A stretch of DNA of 64,000 nucleotides from the human T2T-CHM13v2.0 reference genome, Homo sapiens. The DNA lies in NCBI RefSeq assembly GCF_009914755.1, contig NC_060933.1. One strand, 5' to 3'. Made by a program: the position numbers and the translations under genes. Below are positions 26,351-43,694 of the stretch, piece after piece; position 1 is the first letter of the stretch, and every line of letters begins with the position of its first letter. The notes beneath the pieces were generated by a model. It had not been told where the DNA came from. It did not search any database and worked only from the letters and a program-made list of their open reading frames with translations.

Positions 26351-27340
26351 CATGATGACATATTCCTTCCTAAAAGGTACTCAAGAAATTGACATCCCCT
26401 TTCCCTCTCTCTTCCCCTCCATGCCCACCTCTGGACCATCAGAATTGCTTTTTCTTTCCATGTGTCCCCATAACCCTGTATACCCCAAGGCCTCTCTAAT
26501 ACCATGTAAGACACAGTATTAGATTTTTTTCATGTGTTTCTCTTTCCCCAAGCCTCCAGCATTGGGTCTGGCATAGGGCAGGGATAGAGTACCATAATTC
26601 AAGTGAACTCATGAATTATCTTCAGTCCTTTTAGGAAGTGACCAGGGTATAATTTATATAATAAAATGATTATTAACCTACATAAATAAAAGAGAGAAAA
26701 CTGTCCCTTCCACTCCATTCCCTTTCCCTCGTGTGCTCTCAGCTGAGGCGATAGGCCCCAGAGGAATTCAGCAGCAGACAGATAAAAACATCAAGGCCTG
26801 TTCCAGCTTCACACCAGATCCTGGAATTTAATTTAACTTATACAGACGTCGGTGTTGATGCTCTTGGGGGCTCCCAGCGCAGCCTCACAGAACAGCTGGT
26901 AACAACTGTGATGGGTTTGCCTTCACACCTCAGATGGAATCACAGGGGAATTCCACAAAGGCAGGGCCCTGGAAATCATTTCACAGGAAGAGTCTCGTAC
27001 GCTCCAAGGACCTCAGTTTCAGGACGAACTGCCGAGATCATGCAGTGAACCCGCTTTGTTTTTAAAACAGCCAAAATGAGGCCCAGGGATTTCCCCAACA
27101 TCACATGCCTTCCAAGTTTCGATGAGCAGCATTAAGAATGTAAACAACAGCAGCATATTACAGCTTGAGGTGTGCAGTTCTCGTACTTAAGAGCCTGTCT
27201 TTCCTTTTCCCCATGTGTTCTGCAATCAGTGTAGACTGTCACCAGCAAAGAGCAGACACAGGGTAGTTAAAGTGGCCCCAGTCACCGGGCATGTGTTTTA
27301 CATGAGATCCAGATTACCATCTGAACTCCCCACTTTGTTA

Positions 27341-27423
27341 TTTTTATATTAAATTCTGACTTTTTATATTAAACTGTGACTATTTTTATATTAAACTATG
27401 ACTCTTCCGTATTAAACTCTGAT
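27341..27423. repeat. AT-rich ~20-bp minisatellite, 4 units (TTTTTATATTAAACTNTGAC)
   Basis: direct reading. Confidence 0.85.
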
Positions 27424-27849
27424 TCTGAAAGCAGATAATTCAGGGACAAAAACAGCTTTTAAAGTGAAACCAATATAGAACACATTTCTTGTGATCTTTT
27501 TAATAATTTTCTATTGCCAGCTGAATTTAACCGTGATCTTACTCCATATATCGATTGAAATTACAGTTTTAATTCACCATGCATTTTGTTTTGTATGCCA
27601 AAGCACCTTGGAGCTTTTCCCTCAACTTCAATCTTGGAATTACATTTTCTATGTTTGCTTATTTTACAGCACACTGAACTCTGTCGATTCAATAAAATTT
27701 AAACATGTGCTTATTTACGGAGCACTTATCATAGCCAGGGCTCTAGGGTGAGTGATTTCTTGAGAAAGATCTACAGATGTGAGTAAGAGGCAGCCTATGC
27801 CCCCAAGTAACTCATGATTAACTAGAGAGTAAAATCATTAACTGGTAGT

Positions 27850-29120
<1,271 letters not shown>

Positions 29121-29229
29121 AAAATTTAAAAGAATATGATCTAACTCCTTTTGCTGATTCCTGTCCCCCAAGCCCCTTCCCAAGTGCCATGTAGCTTGCC
29201 ATGTCAATTTGCCATGCAGAGACCTGTGA

Positions 29230-29540
29230 ACATCGGACTCTGGTCCACGTGAAGACTCCCAGTTCTCTAGCTTGGGTGATGAATGGATTTTGACAGCTTC
29301 ATGCAGATTAGGGGAACACAGGAAGAAGAGTAGATGTGCGGAGGAGGAGGTGGGGATGAGGTTATACATGTGGGGGGCGCCTGGAGGCGTGGGGGAAATG
29401 GTCAGCAAACAGCTGGTCATACACATCTGAAGTCTAGAAAAAGTCCTTCACTTGTAGGTGATTACTGAGATCAAGATAGGGAGAGATGACACTCAGAGAG
29501 GTACATGTGAGAAGAGAAGATGCCCCAGATGGGGCAGTTT
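29230..29540 (-). mobile_element. L2 fragment
   Basis: GAAGACTCCCAGTTCTCTAGCTTGGGTGA..GGAGAGATGAC. Confidence 0.6.
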
Positions 29541-30296
29541 AGAGCCACACTGGCCATCTTTCTGTCTCTTCAATTCACCCAACTTGTCCCTGCCTTAGGT
29601 TTCTGTATAATTTGAGACTTTATGTATGTCTTATCCACTGTTTCTTTTTTCATTATGTAATGATCACCATTATTCCTAATAATGTGTTTGACACTAACAT
29701 CAATTTTGTCTAAATATCTATACCACCTTCCTTTTGGTCAATATTTTCCTAGAATACATAGCATAGGACTTTTAATAAAAACATCTATCTGAGAATCTCT
29801 GTTCTGTCATCAGAGACTTTGGTCTATTTTCCCAGGCCAAAGGAAAATAGACCATCTTTCTTTTGGTCAGTATTTTCCTAGAATACATAGCATAGGACTT
29901 TTTATTAAAATGACCATCTGAGAACCTGTATTCTGTCATCAGAAATTTTGGTTTATTTGCTTATATTGTTACTACCAATATATTTGCATTTATTTCTATC
30001 ATCTTATTTAATGCTTTATATTTTCACCATGCCTTATTTTTGCCTTCTGTCAGTGTGATCAAATCTTCTTTTATTACATATTTCCTCTCCTCTCATTAAG
30101 AGATAAAACATACTGTTTCCATTTGTATTGGTTATCTTTGATTTTTCAATGTGTATATTGCATAATATCAAGTTTATCACTATCTATACCTTCTTCCCAA
30201 ACAATTCAAGAATGTCAGAACACCTTGGATGTTGGTACACTCCTCCTGTCTCATTGTTATCAGGTATTTTAGGTGCCTAAAGTAAAAGGCACCTAA

Positions 30297-30733
30297 TTTT
30301 TTTTATTTATTTTACTTCAAGTTCTGTGATACATGTGCAGAACGTTCAGGTTTGTTACATAGGTATACATGTGCCATGGTGGTTTGCTGCACCCATCAAC
30401 CCATCATCTAGGTTTTATGCCCCACATGCATTAAGTGTTTATCCTAATGCCCTCCCTCCCCTAGCCCCCCACCCCCGGTGTGTGATGTTCCCCTCCATGT
30501 GTCCATGTGTGCTCATTGTTCAACTCCCATTTATGAGTGAAAACATGAGGTGTTTGGTTTTCTGTTCCTGCATTAGTTTGCTGAGAATAATGGTTTCTAG
30601 CTTCATCCATGTCCCTGCAAAGGATGTGAACTCATTCTTTTTTATGGCTGCATAGTTTTCCATGTATATGTGCCACATTTTCTTTATCCAGTCTATCATT
30701 GATGGGCATTTTGGTTGGTTCCAAGTTTTTGCT
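30297..30733 (-). mobile_element. 5'-truncated L1PA8-like 3' end
   Basis: 3'UTR diagnostics; TSD AAAGGCACCT(A/T)ATTTTT at 30285 and 30734. Confidence 0.9.
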
Positions 30734-31816
30734 AAAGGCACCTTATTTTTATATCCTTCAGATAATAATTAGTACTTTATACATTCAATGCATGTTTAGA
30801 TTTAATAACATATTTACTATTTCTTTCCTGACATAGCTTCTTTCATTCTACTACTCCTTCCTGGTCTTGAATTTCTTTTACCTAAAACATATCCTAGCAT
30901 AATTCTTGCAGAAAGGGTTGACTGGTGATAAACTCTCTTGGTATTTGTCTGAAAATGACTTTTTCAACCCCTCTTACAGTCCAATTCGTTTTAGAGTTTT
31001 GTTTTTGTTTTTAATGAACGAGTGGGTTATAGCAGTCTACGGTTATCTCAAACAAACAAAAGTTCTGGGGGTTCATTACCACTAGCCCTGCCTTATAGTA
31101 AGTGCTAAAGAGAATTCAGGTTCAAACAAAAGGATGCTAACTAACAACATGAACATATATAAAAGTATAAAACTCAGTGTAAAGGTAAGAATATACTCAA
31201 ATTCAGAATACTCTAATACTGTAATAAAGGTGCATAAATAATTTTTAACTGTAGTGTAAAAGTTAAAAGACAAAAGTATTAAAAATAGCTATAGCTATAA
31301 TAATTTATTAATGGACATACAATACATAAAACATAAATTGTGACATCAATAGCATAAAATTTGGGAGGGAGGAGAATTTAAAGTGTAAAGATTTTGTGAG
31401 CAGTCAAAGATAAGTTGTTATAAACTTAAAATAAACTGTTATAACTATAGCAGCTTTATGTAAGCCTCATAATAACCACCAAGGAAAAAAACTAGTAGAC
31501 ACACTAAAGAGAAAGAGAAACAACTCAATAGCACGAAAACAATGCAACTAAAAAATGGACAGAGGACCTGAAACATCTCTCAAAAGAAGACATACAAATG
31601 GCCAACAGGTATATGAAAAAATGCTCAAAACTACTAATCATCAGGGAAATGAAAATTAAAACCACAATGAGATATTACCTTGTTCCAGTTAGAAAGCCCA
31701 TTATAAAAAAGACAAAAAATAAAAAGTGTTGGCACGGATATGGAGAAAAGGAGACCCTTGTATGCTGTTGGTAGGAATGTAAATTAGTACAGCCATTATG
31801 AAAAACAGTATGGAGG

Positions 31817-34200
<2,384 letters not shown>

Positions 34201-34992
34201 AAAAACAGTATGGAGGTTCCTAAAAAAATTAAAAATAGAACCACCACATGACCCAGCAACCCCACTTCTGGGTCTACAGCCAAAGGAAATGAAATCAGTA
34301 TGCTGAAGAGGCATCTGCACTTTCATGTTCATTGCAGCATTATTCACAATAGCCAAAATATGGAATCAACCTAAGTGTCCATCAATGGATAAAGAAGATG
34401 TGGTATATATACACAATAGAATACTATTTAGCCTTTAAAAAGAAAGAAATCCTATCATTTGTGATGACATGGATGGACCTGGTGGGCTTTGTGTTAAGTG
34501 AAATAAGCCAGGCACAGAAAGACAAATACCACGTGATCTCACTTACATGGGGCAATCTGCAACAAGTTGAACTCATAGACGCAGAGAGCAGAATAATGGT
34601 TACAAGTGTCCAGGGATACGGGTGGGGGAATGCGGAGATGTTGATGAAAACACAGAACATTTCAGTTAGGATGAATAAGTTCAGGAGGTCTATTCTACAG
34701 CAGTGTGACTATATTTACTAATAGTGTATTATATACTTGAAAATTGCTAAGACAGTAGTACAAAATAATCTGAATATGAAGTGATAAGTATGTTAATTCA
34801 CTTGATTTATTCATTTCACAATGTAAAAATATATCAAAATATAACATTGCATGCTGTAAATATATATAATTTGTATTTGTCAATTATATTTTTATAAAGC
34901 TGGAGGGGATAAAGCTAGCAACAGCTAAATTAAAAAATAATTCTAGAGTATTTTTCATTGTCTATGGTTTCTATTATTGTTGAGAAGTCATC

Positions 34993-35125
34993 TTTTTTTT
35001 TCTAATATAGAGACAGCGTCTTGCTATGTTGGCCAGGCTGGTCTCAAACTCCTGGCCTCAAGCAATTTTCCCACCTCAGCTTCCCAAAGTCCTGAGATTA
35101 TAGACGTGAGCCACCATGCCCAGCC
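34993..35125 (-). mobile_element. FLAM_C / Alu monomer
   Basis: antisense left monomer only. Confidence 0.88.
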
Positions 35126-35704
35126 TCACTGTCATTTCTAATAAGTCTGTCTCGTTGCTTTGCTTTTGAGATCTTCTCTTTGTCTTGGTCCTCTGTAGTT
35201 TCAGTCTGATATGTTTAGGATTAAAAAAAATCCTGTTTGGTACTTGTGCTTATAGAATCTGAAAATTCTTACTTTTCATCAATTTGGGAATATCCTTAGT
35301 CATTAGAGATTTCATGCCTCTCATCAATTATCAAATATTCTCAGCCATTCTCCCTTCTAATGGTGCCTCTCCCAATTCCTTTCAGCTCTAACCATACGAA
35401 AACCTATTAAATGTATATTGGAGCTCCTTATTCTATCCTCCTAGAATGAGCTACTCATTCCACCTTCTCAACTTCAGTTTCACATTTTCAGTCTCTTTAG
35501 TTCACAGTACTGCATTCTGGATAGTAGCCTCAAAGCTATCTTCTACTTCACTAATTCTCTTAGTTGTGTCTAATTGTGTGTCCATTGAGTTTTTAATTCC
35601 AATGATTATATTTTAGCATCTAAAAGTTCCACTTGATTCCTTTCTAAATCTGCCTGTTTCTCCCCCATATTGTTTTGTTTTACTTGTCTTCAGCATCCTT
35701 TACA

Positions 35705-36012
<308 letters not shown>

Positions 36013-37554
36013 TTTACAAATGTTTTTGATTATTATGAAGTATTTATTTTACAGTCTCTATCAGATTTTCAACTATCTGGGGTAGTTGTCTAATTCTGCT
36101 TTTTGTTATATTGCCTGATTCTCACTTATTGAAGGTTGTTACTCTTTATTTTTTCTAATTTGCATTATAAGCTCATCTGTGGGCTTTATTTGTGGGAATT
36201 AAGGGCACAGGTCAAGACACACAGGTGAATGGATCTTTTATTGTCCACATTTCATTAACAGTTTGGCCCTTTGTGTCCCAGGCTTACTGGGCGGGAAACA
36301 AGGAGTTATGGTTCTAACCCTCCATATTGTCTGGGATCCAGACCTTATTTCCTGTGGAACAGTGTGGTCATCTAGCCCAAGGTTAAACTGTCTTAACTCC
36401 CCTCATCTTCCAAATTCCCACTAATTTGACCAAAGGAATATAAAGTAGAGAACAATCTCTACCAGGGATGAATACCAACAAAGGGTGGCACTTGCCAGAA
36501 ATTTGAGACATTTATATGAGACATTGTGCAAGAGGGGAAGGCTAACTGCAGTGGAAATCATTGTAATGAAAACGAATCTCATCTGAGGAGCGAGGGCCCC
36601 AAAAGTGTCTCAGTGCTTTCCTCAAACTTAAAGTGGTAAGTTCTGGAGGAGAGAAAGAGTATAGGGAAGGAGAGGAGTTAAAATCTCCATCTACATCCAG
36701 ACTCTGGAGGTTGACTGGCACTAGGACTTTGCATGGTGGGCCATGGCAGCCCCTCGGCCTGCACTGGGTCTAGGTGTCTCCACAAATAAAGATCATACAC
36801 CCCTGCAACTAGCCTCTAGTGAGGGCAGCCGTGCAGGTTAGAGATGCTTGCATTTGCTTCTGGCTGCTGCAACAAATCAGAAAAGATTTCTGGCCATGTG
36901 GCTCCTTTTGACTGTTTCTGTCTAATCCCATATAAATTCTATCTTGGAAAGGTAAAAACACATAAAATCCCATTGTTTTCCTTCTTAGCTCATCTGGAAC
37001 TGAAAGACTTAACCACACAGTCACACATTCTCTAAATAAACCCATTTCAGCCCCCAATTCTGAACAAAACCTAGCTTTCTCATTTGTTAGGATGAGCAAA
37101 TAGAGAAAAATTATCAGATATAAAAAGATTTAATGGTTCAAAAGAAAGAGACTATATTTGAGGAACTGAGAGAAAACGGCTGCCTCCAATTAGTCTTATG
37201 GCAAGAAATAGGGGGAAATTTTGATAAAACTCTAAGTTGCCTTCTCAGTTACATTCAGGAAAACATTGCACCTATGAAAAGAATTGGTCTGAAATCATAC
37301 AAGCTTCTTTTCAAATTAAAAACATAACTGATGAATAAAAAGGTAACAGAGTTAGTGAAAGTTAGATTGGACACTGTAAAAAAATCAAATTTGCAAATTA
37401 AAACATATGCTTGATATATTCTTCTAGAACCCAGTGAATACAAATAAAGAGAGACTTAAATGACGGGTAAAAAGATCAGACAGGTGGGAAAAAGATCAGG
37501 GCTCTATTTTACCCCAATAGAATTTTATAGGTAGTAGAAATGCTGGAAGGAAAC

Positions 37555-38089
37555 TGTGGTAGATTATTAAAATGACCTCCAGTGGGTCATGCCCCGCTGT
37601 GTCCACACAATGTAACTCTAACAGTCCTAGCAAGAGACAGAGTCTATCTCCTCATATTTGGGCTGGCCTGTGATTTGCTTTGACCAAGTGAATGCAGAAG
37701 TGGCAGTCTTTTGTGACTTCTGAGCTTCCACTTTAATTCTTGGAACCCTGAGAACCATGCCGTGAAGAAGCTCAGTTTAGCCTGCTGGATGATGAGAGGC
37801 CATGTGGAAGGCAACCAAGACACCCAGCCAGTAGCCAGCACCAACTGCTGGACATGTGAGTGAGGCCACCTTGCACCCTCTAGCTCGTCAAGCCACCAGA
37901 CAATTGCAGCTCATACATGATCGATTGAAATTTTTTTAAGAAGATACTTAGGTTTAGAGATAAAAAGTACAGCAGGAGAACATTTCAGATTGCCAATACA
38001 CAAAATTGTAATCAATAATGAATCCAACGGTTGTTTTAAACCACTAAATTGTGGGAGTGGTCTGTTATACACAATAGATAACAGAAACA
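37555..38089 (+). mobile_element. MLT1 (G/H-like) solo LTR
   Basis: TGTGGTAG start; GGGCTGGCCTGTGATTTGCTTTGACCAA; CAATAGATAACAGAAACA end. Confidence 0.8.
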
Positions 38090-39099
38090 AAAGAAGAATC
38101 ATTAAAGAAATAATCATGTACAGGAATTTCCAGAGTACTCTTTTCCGCCAGTGGAATCAGCTCTAATATGAGCCAGTCCATTACCAGCATGAGGAGCTCA
38201 ATTCCTAGTCCCTAATTCAAATATTGCCCAGCAATGTTATTGTGATCCCTGGCTATGACAGTGAGGTGAGGGCAGCACTAACCTGTAGCAGCTGGCTTTG
38301 GTGGGTCATCTCAGAAACACGGGACACTTGAGTCACACGGCGGCCAGCGGGAATTATCAATTGTCATCTTTGGAATACAGCAACAGCCATGTCCTTGACC
38401 CACGCAATAACTGTGCAACACCGTGGGCAGTGAGTCAAGCTGCAATAGCTGGGGCCGGGGACTGACCGCCTTGGTGAGCACCCCAAGGCGTGGAAGGGAC
38501 TGCGTCCTCTGTTCTGGCTAGTGCCTAGCACTGGACACACATGCCCTTCCACTCCAGTCCTTTCTGTGTTCACCAGCACCAACAACCAGGGGTTGTAATC
38601 CAGGGTCAGGAGGGGTTTCAGCAGGTACCCAATTCCTGGTGACCTCCCTGCCCTCAGACACAAAGGCCTGGTGCCCACCCACCCAATGATACATTGTAAT
38701 TGTCTCAGTGGTCTTGGGAAGAGGCTATTTGCACAAAGAATTTCCCTGCATTCCAAGAGTGATGAAGGTGACTCTGTGCCACTTCTCTTTTAAATTAGAG
38801 GAGAAAAAAGAAGTTTAATTTTGACAGTAATACCTGCTACACTAGATAAAAACCTCCCCTAGCTAAAGACTGGCATGTTTAGATTAAAAATGATCATTGA
38901 CTACCAGGGAAAAGTAATGAAAAGAGACGCGCATCTAGACTGACTTTAGTGATTTTATTTTAATTTCAAGGATAAAGAAAAATGATTATAAATATCCAGA
39001 TAAGGAAAAAAGAAAAGAAAAGGATTTCTATGAAGGGGTGAGTGGAGTTACGGGCATCAAAGTTTTCCCCCATGGCACTAAATGCTACAATGACACATC

Positions 39100-39701
39100 T
39101 GTGTCAGGAGTCTCCAACACAACCTCCAGGTTTGATGGCTTGCTAGGAGAACTCTCAGGGCCCAGCATGTAGTAGTACATCTATTACATAGCTGTGAGTA
39201 CTACTGCTCACAGCATTACATAGCTGTGAGTACATTTATTACCGTGAAAAGATACAAATCAAAATCAACAAAAGGAAAAAAGGTGCATGGGGCGAAGTCA
39301 AGGGGAAACCAGACACAAGCTCCCAAGAGACCTCTCCCAGGGGAGTTGCACAGGGCACCCTTAATTCCAACAGCAAACGAATAATGGCAACATGCGTGAA
39401 ATGCTGTCTACCAGGATGCTCACTAGAGATTCAGTGCCTGAAGTACTACTGGGGTCTGGTCGCTAAGGCACCCTCTGGCTGGCACACACGAAAATTTCAG
39501 AATCCCAGAAGAAAAACAGGTGTTCGGCATAAAGCATATTGTTTGTACAGCTTAAGCACAGTGAGCTGCTGCGATCCATTCGGAGAATGATGGAACCCTC
39601 CCGAAATCCAAGTTCCCAGACACCAGCCAAGGGCCAACCTTGACAGCAGGTTTTTCTGAGGATATAGCCTCAGGCCTGCTGTGTTAGCCCTTTCCAGCAC
39701 A
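39100..39701 (-). mobile_element. MER68/MER21-group ERVL solo LTR
   Basis: GAAATCCAAGTTCCCAGACACCAGCCAAGGGCCAACCTTG..CTCAGGCCTGCTGTGTTAGCCC matches the reverse LTR 5' end. Confidence 0.8.
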
Positions 39702-39881
39702 ACAATGAAACAACATTTGCAGATTTTTAGTTTAAAAGAGTATGACCCAATAACCCTTTATAAAGTCAGCTGAATTATTTATTGTTCATAGGGGACAGCA
39801 ATAGGGAGACATTCTCAGATATCCAGAGCCTCAGAAAGTGTAACTCTTCATAGCCTTGAAAAAAAAAAACAAATTACTGGA

Positions 39882-40404
39882 ATATTCATTTTCCATTGTT
39901 GCTGTAACGAATCGCCACAAACTTAGTGGCTTAAAACAACACAGATGTATCACCTTCTAGTTCTATAGGTCAGAAGTCTGACATGGGTCTCTCACTAGGC
40001 TAAAGTCAAGGTGTCAGCAGGGCTGGTTACTTTCTGGAGGCTCGAGGGGAGAGTCTATTTCCTGGCCTTTTCTAGCTTGTGAAGGCTGTCTGCTCCTTCA
40101 CTCATGGCGCCTTCCTCCATCACCAACGGTGGCAATGGCAGGGCAAGTCCTTCTCATGCTGCCCCCTCTCTGACTTGCTTCTATAATTACGTCTCTTTCT
40201 GTGGTCACAGCCAGGAGCCTCTCTACTTTGATGTGATTTATGCAATTAGATTGAACCCACCTGGATAATCCAGGGTACTCTTACTATCTTAACATCCTTA
40301 ACCTTAGTAACATCTGCAAAACCCCTTTTACCATGTAACATATTCTCAGGGTCCAAGGATTCAAATGTAGACATCTTTTGGGGGCTATCATTCTGTCTAC
40401 TTCA
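39882..40404 (-). mobile_element. MLT1D-like LTR
   Basis: CCACAAACTTAGTGGCTTAAAACAACAC..CCCACCTGGATAATCCAGG. Confidence 0.85.
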
Positions 40405-40405
40405 C

Positions 40406-40791
40406 TATATTAGTCTGTTCTCACACTGCTATAAAGAAATACCTGAGACTGGGTAATTTATAAAGAAAAGAGGTTTAATTGGCTCAGAGTTCTGCAGGCT
40501 GTACAGGAAGCATGGCTGGGGAGGCCTCAGGAAACTTACAATCATGGTGGAAAGCAAAGAGGAAGCAAGCATGTCTTACATGGCTGGGACAGAAGCAAGA
40601 GAGAGAAGGGTGGGGGAGCTACACGCTTTTAAACAACCAGATCTTGTGAGAACTAACTCACTATCAGGAGAACAATAAGGGGGGAAATCCACCCCCTTGA
40701 TCCAATCGCCTCCCACCAGGCCCCTCCTCCAACATTGGAGATTACAATTCGACATGAGATTTGGGCAGGGACACAAATCCAAACCATATCA
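40406..40791 (-). mobile_element. THE1D/MSTA LTR
   Basis: ATTAGTCTGTTCTCACACTGCTATAAAG..ACACAAATCCAAACCATATCA. Confidence 0.9.
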
Positions 40792-41319
40792 CTCAGTAAG
40801 TATCCTAGATAATGAAGAAATGAGTCAAAATAAAGCTCACAGGAGTGGTGGGAGAGGATGGTACAGGCGTTCCCCAGATGGAAGAGGAGACAGAAGACTA
40901 GAACCAAATGTTCCAAGGAGTGTGTTTGAAGAATGTAAATCATTCCATGGTAGGAGAACAGGTGGTGGGGGCTGAGGTGCGGGAGGAGGGGAAAGCAGGT
41001 TTGCAGTCAGATAATGAAGGCCTTGAATACCAGGTACAGCATTTGTTCTGTGTGTGAAGGCCAGAGGCAGGATCAGATGTGCACAGTCCTGAAAAATAAG
41101 TATGTTGGCAGTGTGGACAAGCGAATGCGCATGGTGACCCATGACACTTGCCAACCCCCTGAATTTGGCTCTGAGGGACTGGGAGGAGAGGGTAAAAGTG
41201 GGAACACAGTGGCTTCTGTCATTTTATTTTCAGATCTTAAAACCAACATCTTCTAGGAGCCACCTGGACCACTTTTTAAATGAATAAAGCTGTAATTGGT
41301 AAACAGAGTGGTCTACTGC

Positions 41320-41715
41320 TTTGGGAGGTACCCAAGTCTGCCCCTCTACCACACAGGTGAAGGGAGAAGATCCCCAGCTTCCTGTCCTCTGGCAGCCACA
41401 GCACTCAAACCATTAAGGCCTCTGCCTGGGAGTCTGACTCATGGGAGTGGGCGAGGTAAATATGGAGCACATTCAGAACTGTGCATGGAAGTGGTTATCA
41501 TGTCCGTTGTTGGGACCATCATTCCCCGCCAGGCTGAAATGTGATTTTCCACCCCAGCTTCGTGACCTACAACTGCTTTGATTCCTGCTCATTTCCAAAC
41601 CTGTTCCTCCAGCTTTCTCTTGATCCTGTAAATACAATTATCCTCCCAATAGATTATTTAAAAAAAAATGTTTGCTAAAGACACAGTTTATTTTGCTTAC
41701 AATGGGGAACCCTGG
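41320..41715 (+). mobile_element. LTR33-like ERVL LTR
   Basis: TTTGATTCCTGCTCATTTCCAAACCTG..CCAGCTTT 3' motifs. Confidence 0.5.
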
Positions 41716-42964
41716 TAAAGTCAATGACTCTTGCTATAAAGCTGTGCCAAACTAAAGTTGTCTCTTTTATGCTACATAAGGCAGAACTGCAAGCTCCTAA
41801 ATAACCGAAGTTCTTCTGTGAGAGAGATGGGCACCTCGGCTGAAAGTGCTCTTCTCTCTGGATGAGAATGCAGACTGAACTCTGAAATTCTCATAATCCA
41901 AAGACACTTTTCCTGCAACCAGGTGCTGACAATGAGGACTGTCCCTTTAACTGGCCACACTGAAGGCCTGCACAACAGGCCCTTTATAGAGAATCTTGTT
42001 GCAAAGGCTTCCAAGTGTGAGTTGTGAATCAATTGCAAAACACACCTGCCTGAGCCTTGAGGCAAACCATTGATATTTAATGGTCTAATGGTCATCCTCC
42101 ACATTGAGGCCTGTCCCTGTATTAAAGCACCTGGACCAAGCTTTCTTAAGCTCATCCACCATATAAAATGCATTCTCCTCCAAATTATGATGGAGTCACA
42201 CTGCCTTCATCTTTATAGAGGTTGCACACAAAATGCTGCTGGAACAATGAATGATGCCATTGCTGAGCAGCCATGTAGAGAGACCAGATTATCCCACTGA
42301 GCTTCGGTTCCACGTCTACACAATGGGAGGGAAAAACCTATATCTCAGAGAGATTGTGACACTCAGGTGAGCTAATGGATTTAACTGTAAAGACCTACAC
42401 AGACATGCAAGAGTATAATTATGTCATTCCATGTCCTTCAACATGAGATCAAGTAATAAATTCCCTCTGCAATTTAATTCTAGGAAAACACTCTCTTTGC
42501 TAAAATAGGGATCCATGTGGTCCCTGCTCTCAGAAGAAAAGATAACATTGGCAGCCAGGGCTCTTTTACAGAAAGTGATGGAAACCCAAGTTGAAATAGT
42601 GTTAGGTCAAAAGGGGATTTATTGGCTCATGTGACCAGAAGAGGGCAGGGGTGAGCCTGGCCTTAGGAATGACTGGAACTGGGAAACAATTAATCGATCA
42701 ATCCCTCTTTCATTCTGTTTCCCCTAGTCTCTCACGTTTGTGTCTCTCTGCATATCGCCTTTGTTCTCTCCATCTACACAAGCTTTCTCTGCATGCTGAA
42801 GAGCATGGCTCCAAACCCTTCAGACCCTCTTCAGCTTAGTAACCATAGAAGAAAAAGAATCTTCTTCTCCAGCTTCAAACTGAAACAGCCTGGGGATGAA
42901 CTGAGATTGGTTCTGGGCCCAAACCAATGGTTTATTTCCTTTAGCCATGGAAATAATTTTGATG

Positions 42965-43455
42965 TGTAGCAGAGTGCCAATTGTCTCCCAATATCCATTT
43001 TCCCCTTCTAGCTGGAACCTCCATTTTTGGGCTGGTCATATTGCTGCCCAGTTAATACATTTCCCGACCTCCCTTGCAAATAGGTGTGGTCATGTGTTCA
43101 AGTTCTGATCAATGAGATGTAAGTAGAAGAGTTCAGAAGTATTTCTGGAAGCCCGTAAAAGGGAGAGATTGCTCTTTTATCCTCCTTCTCCTCCTTTCTA
43201 TTGCTAGAAATGTGGATGCCATGGCTAGAACTCAGCAGCCATCCTGTACTGTGAAGTGGCTTTGGGGATGGAAGCTACATGTGGCAGAAGAACAAGACAG
43301 AAAGAGTCTGAGCCCCTGATACTATGTCTTTTCCTTACTTGTCTTGAACTGCCTCCTCTGCACACTTTTATGTGAGAGAAAAATATACCTTTATCTTGGT
43401 TTAGCCACTATTATGGAGGCTCTATTTGCAACCAAATCTAATATTAAGTGATATG
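42965..43455 (+). mobile_element. MLT1J/I-like LTR
   Basis: ACATTTCCCGACCTCCCTTGCAAATAGGTGTGGTCATGTG..CAATGAGATGTAAGTAGAAG. Confidence 0.8.
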
Positions 43456-43694
43456 CAACTCAGGTTAGGGGCAGAAGAAGGAGCTGGGGTGAAAACATCT
43501 CAAGAAACACAAAACAATAGCTGTGAGGGTGGCCCAGTGTCTCCCTTCCTGCCCTGGCCATTAGGAACCTCTCAGCTGTCTGGAGGTGTCCAGCCACCAT
43601 GCTCCCTTCAGCCTCATTCTCTAATGTCCTCCTTTTCCATTCTGTGGTTAGTACCAATCCTGAGAAAAGTATAGCCAGGGTATAAAATAAGAAC

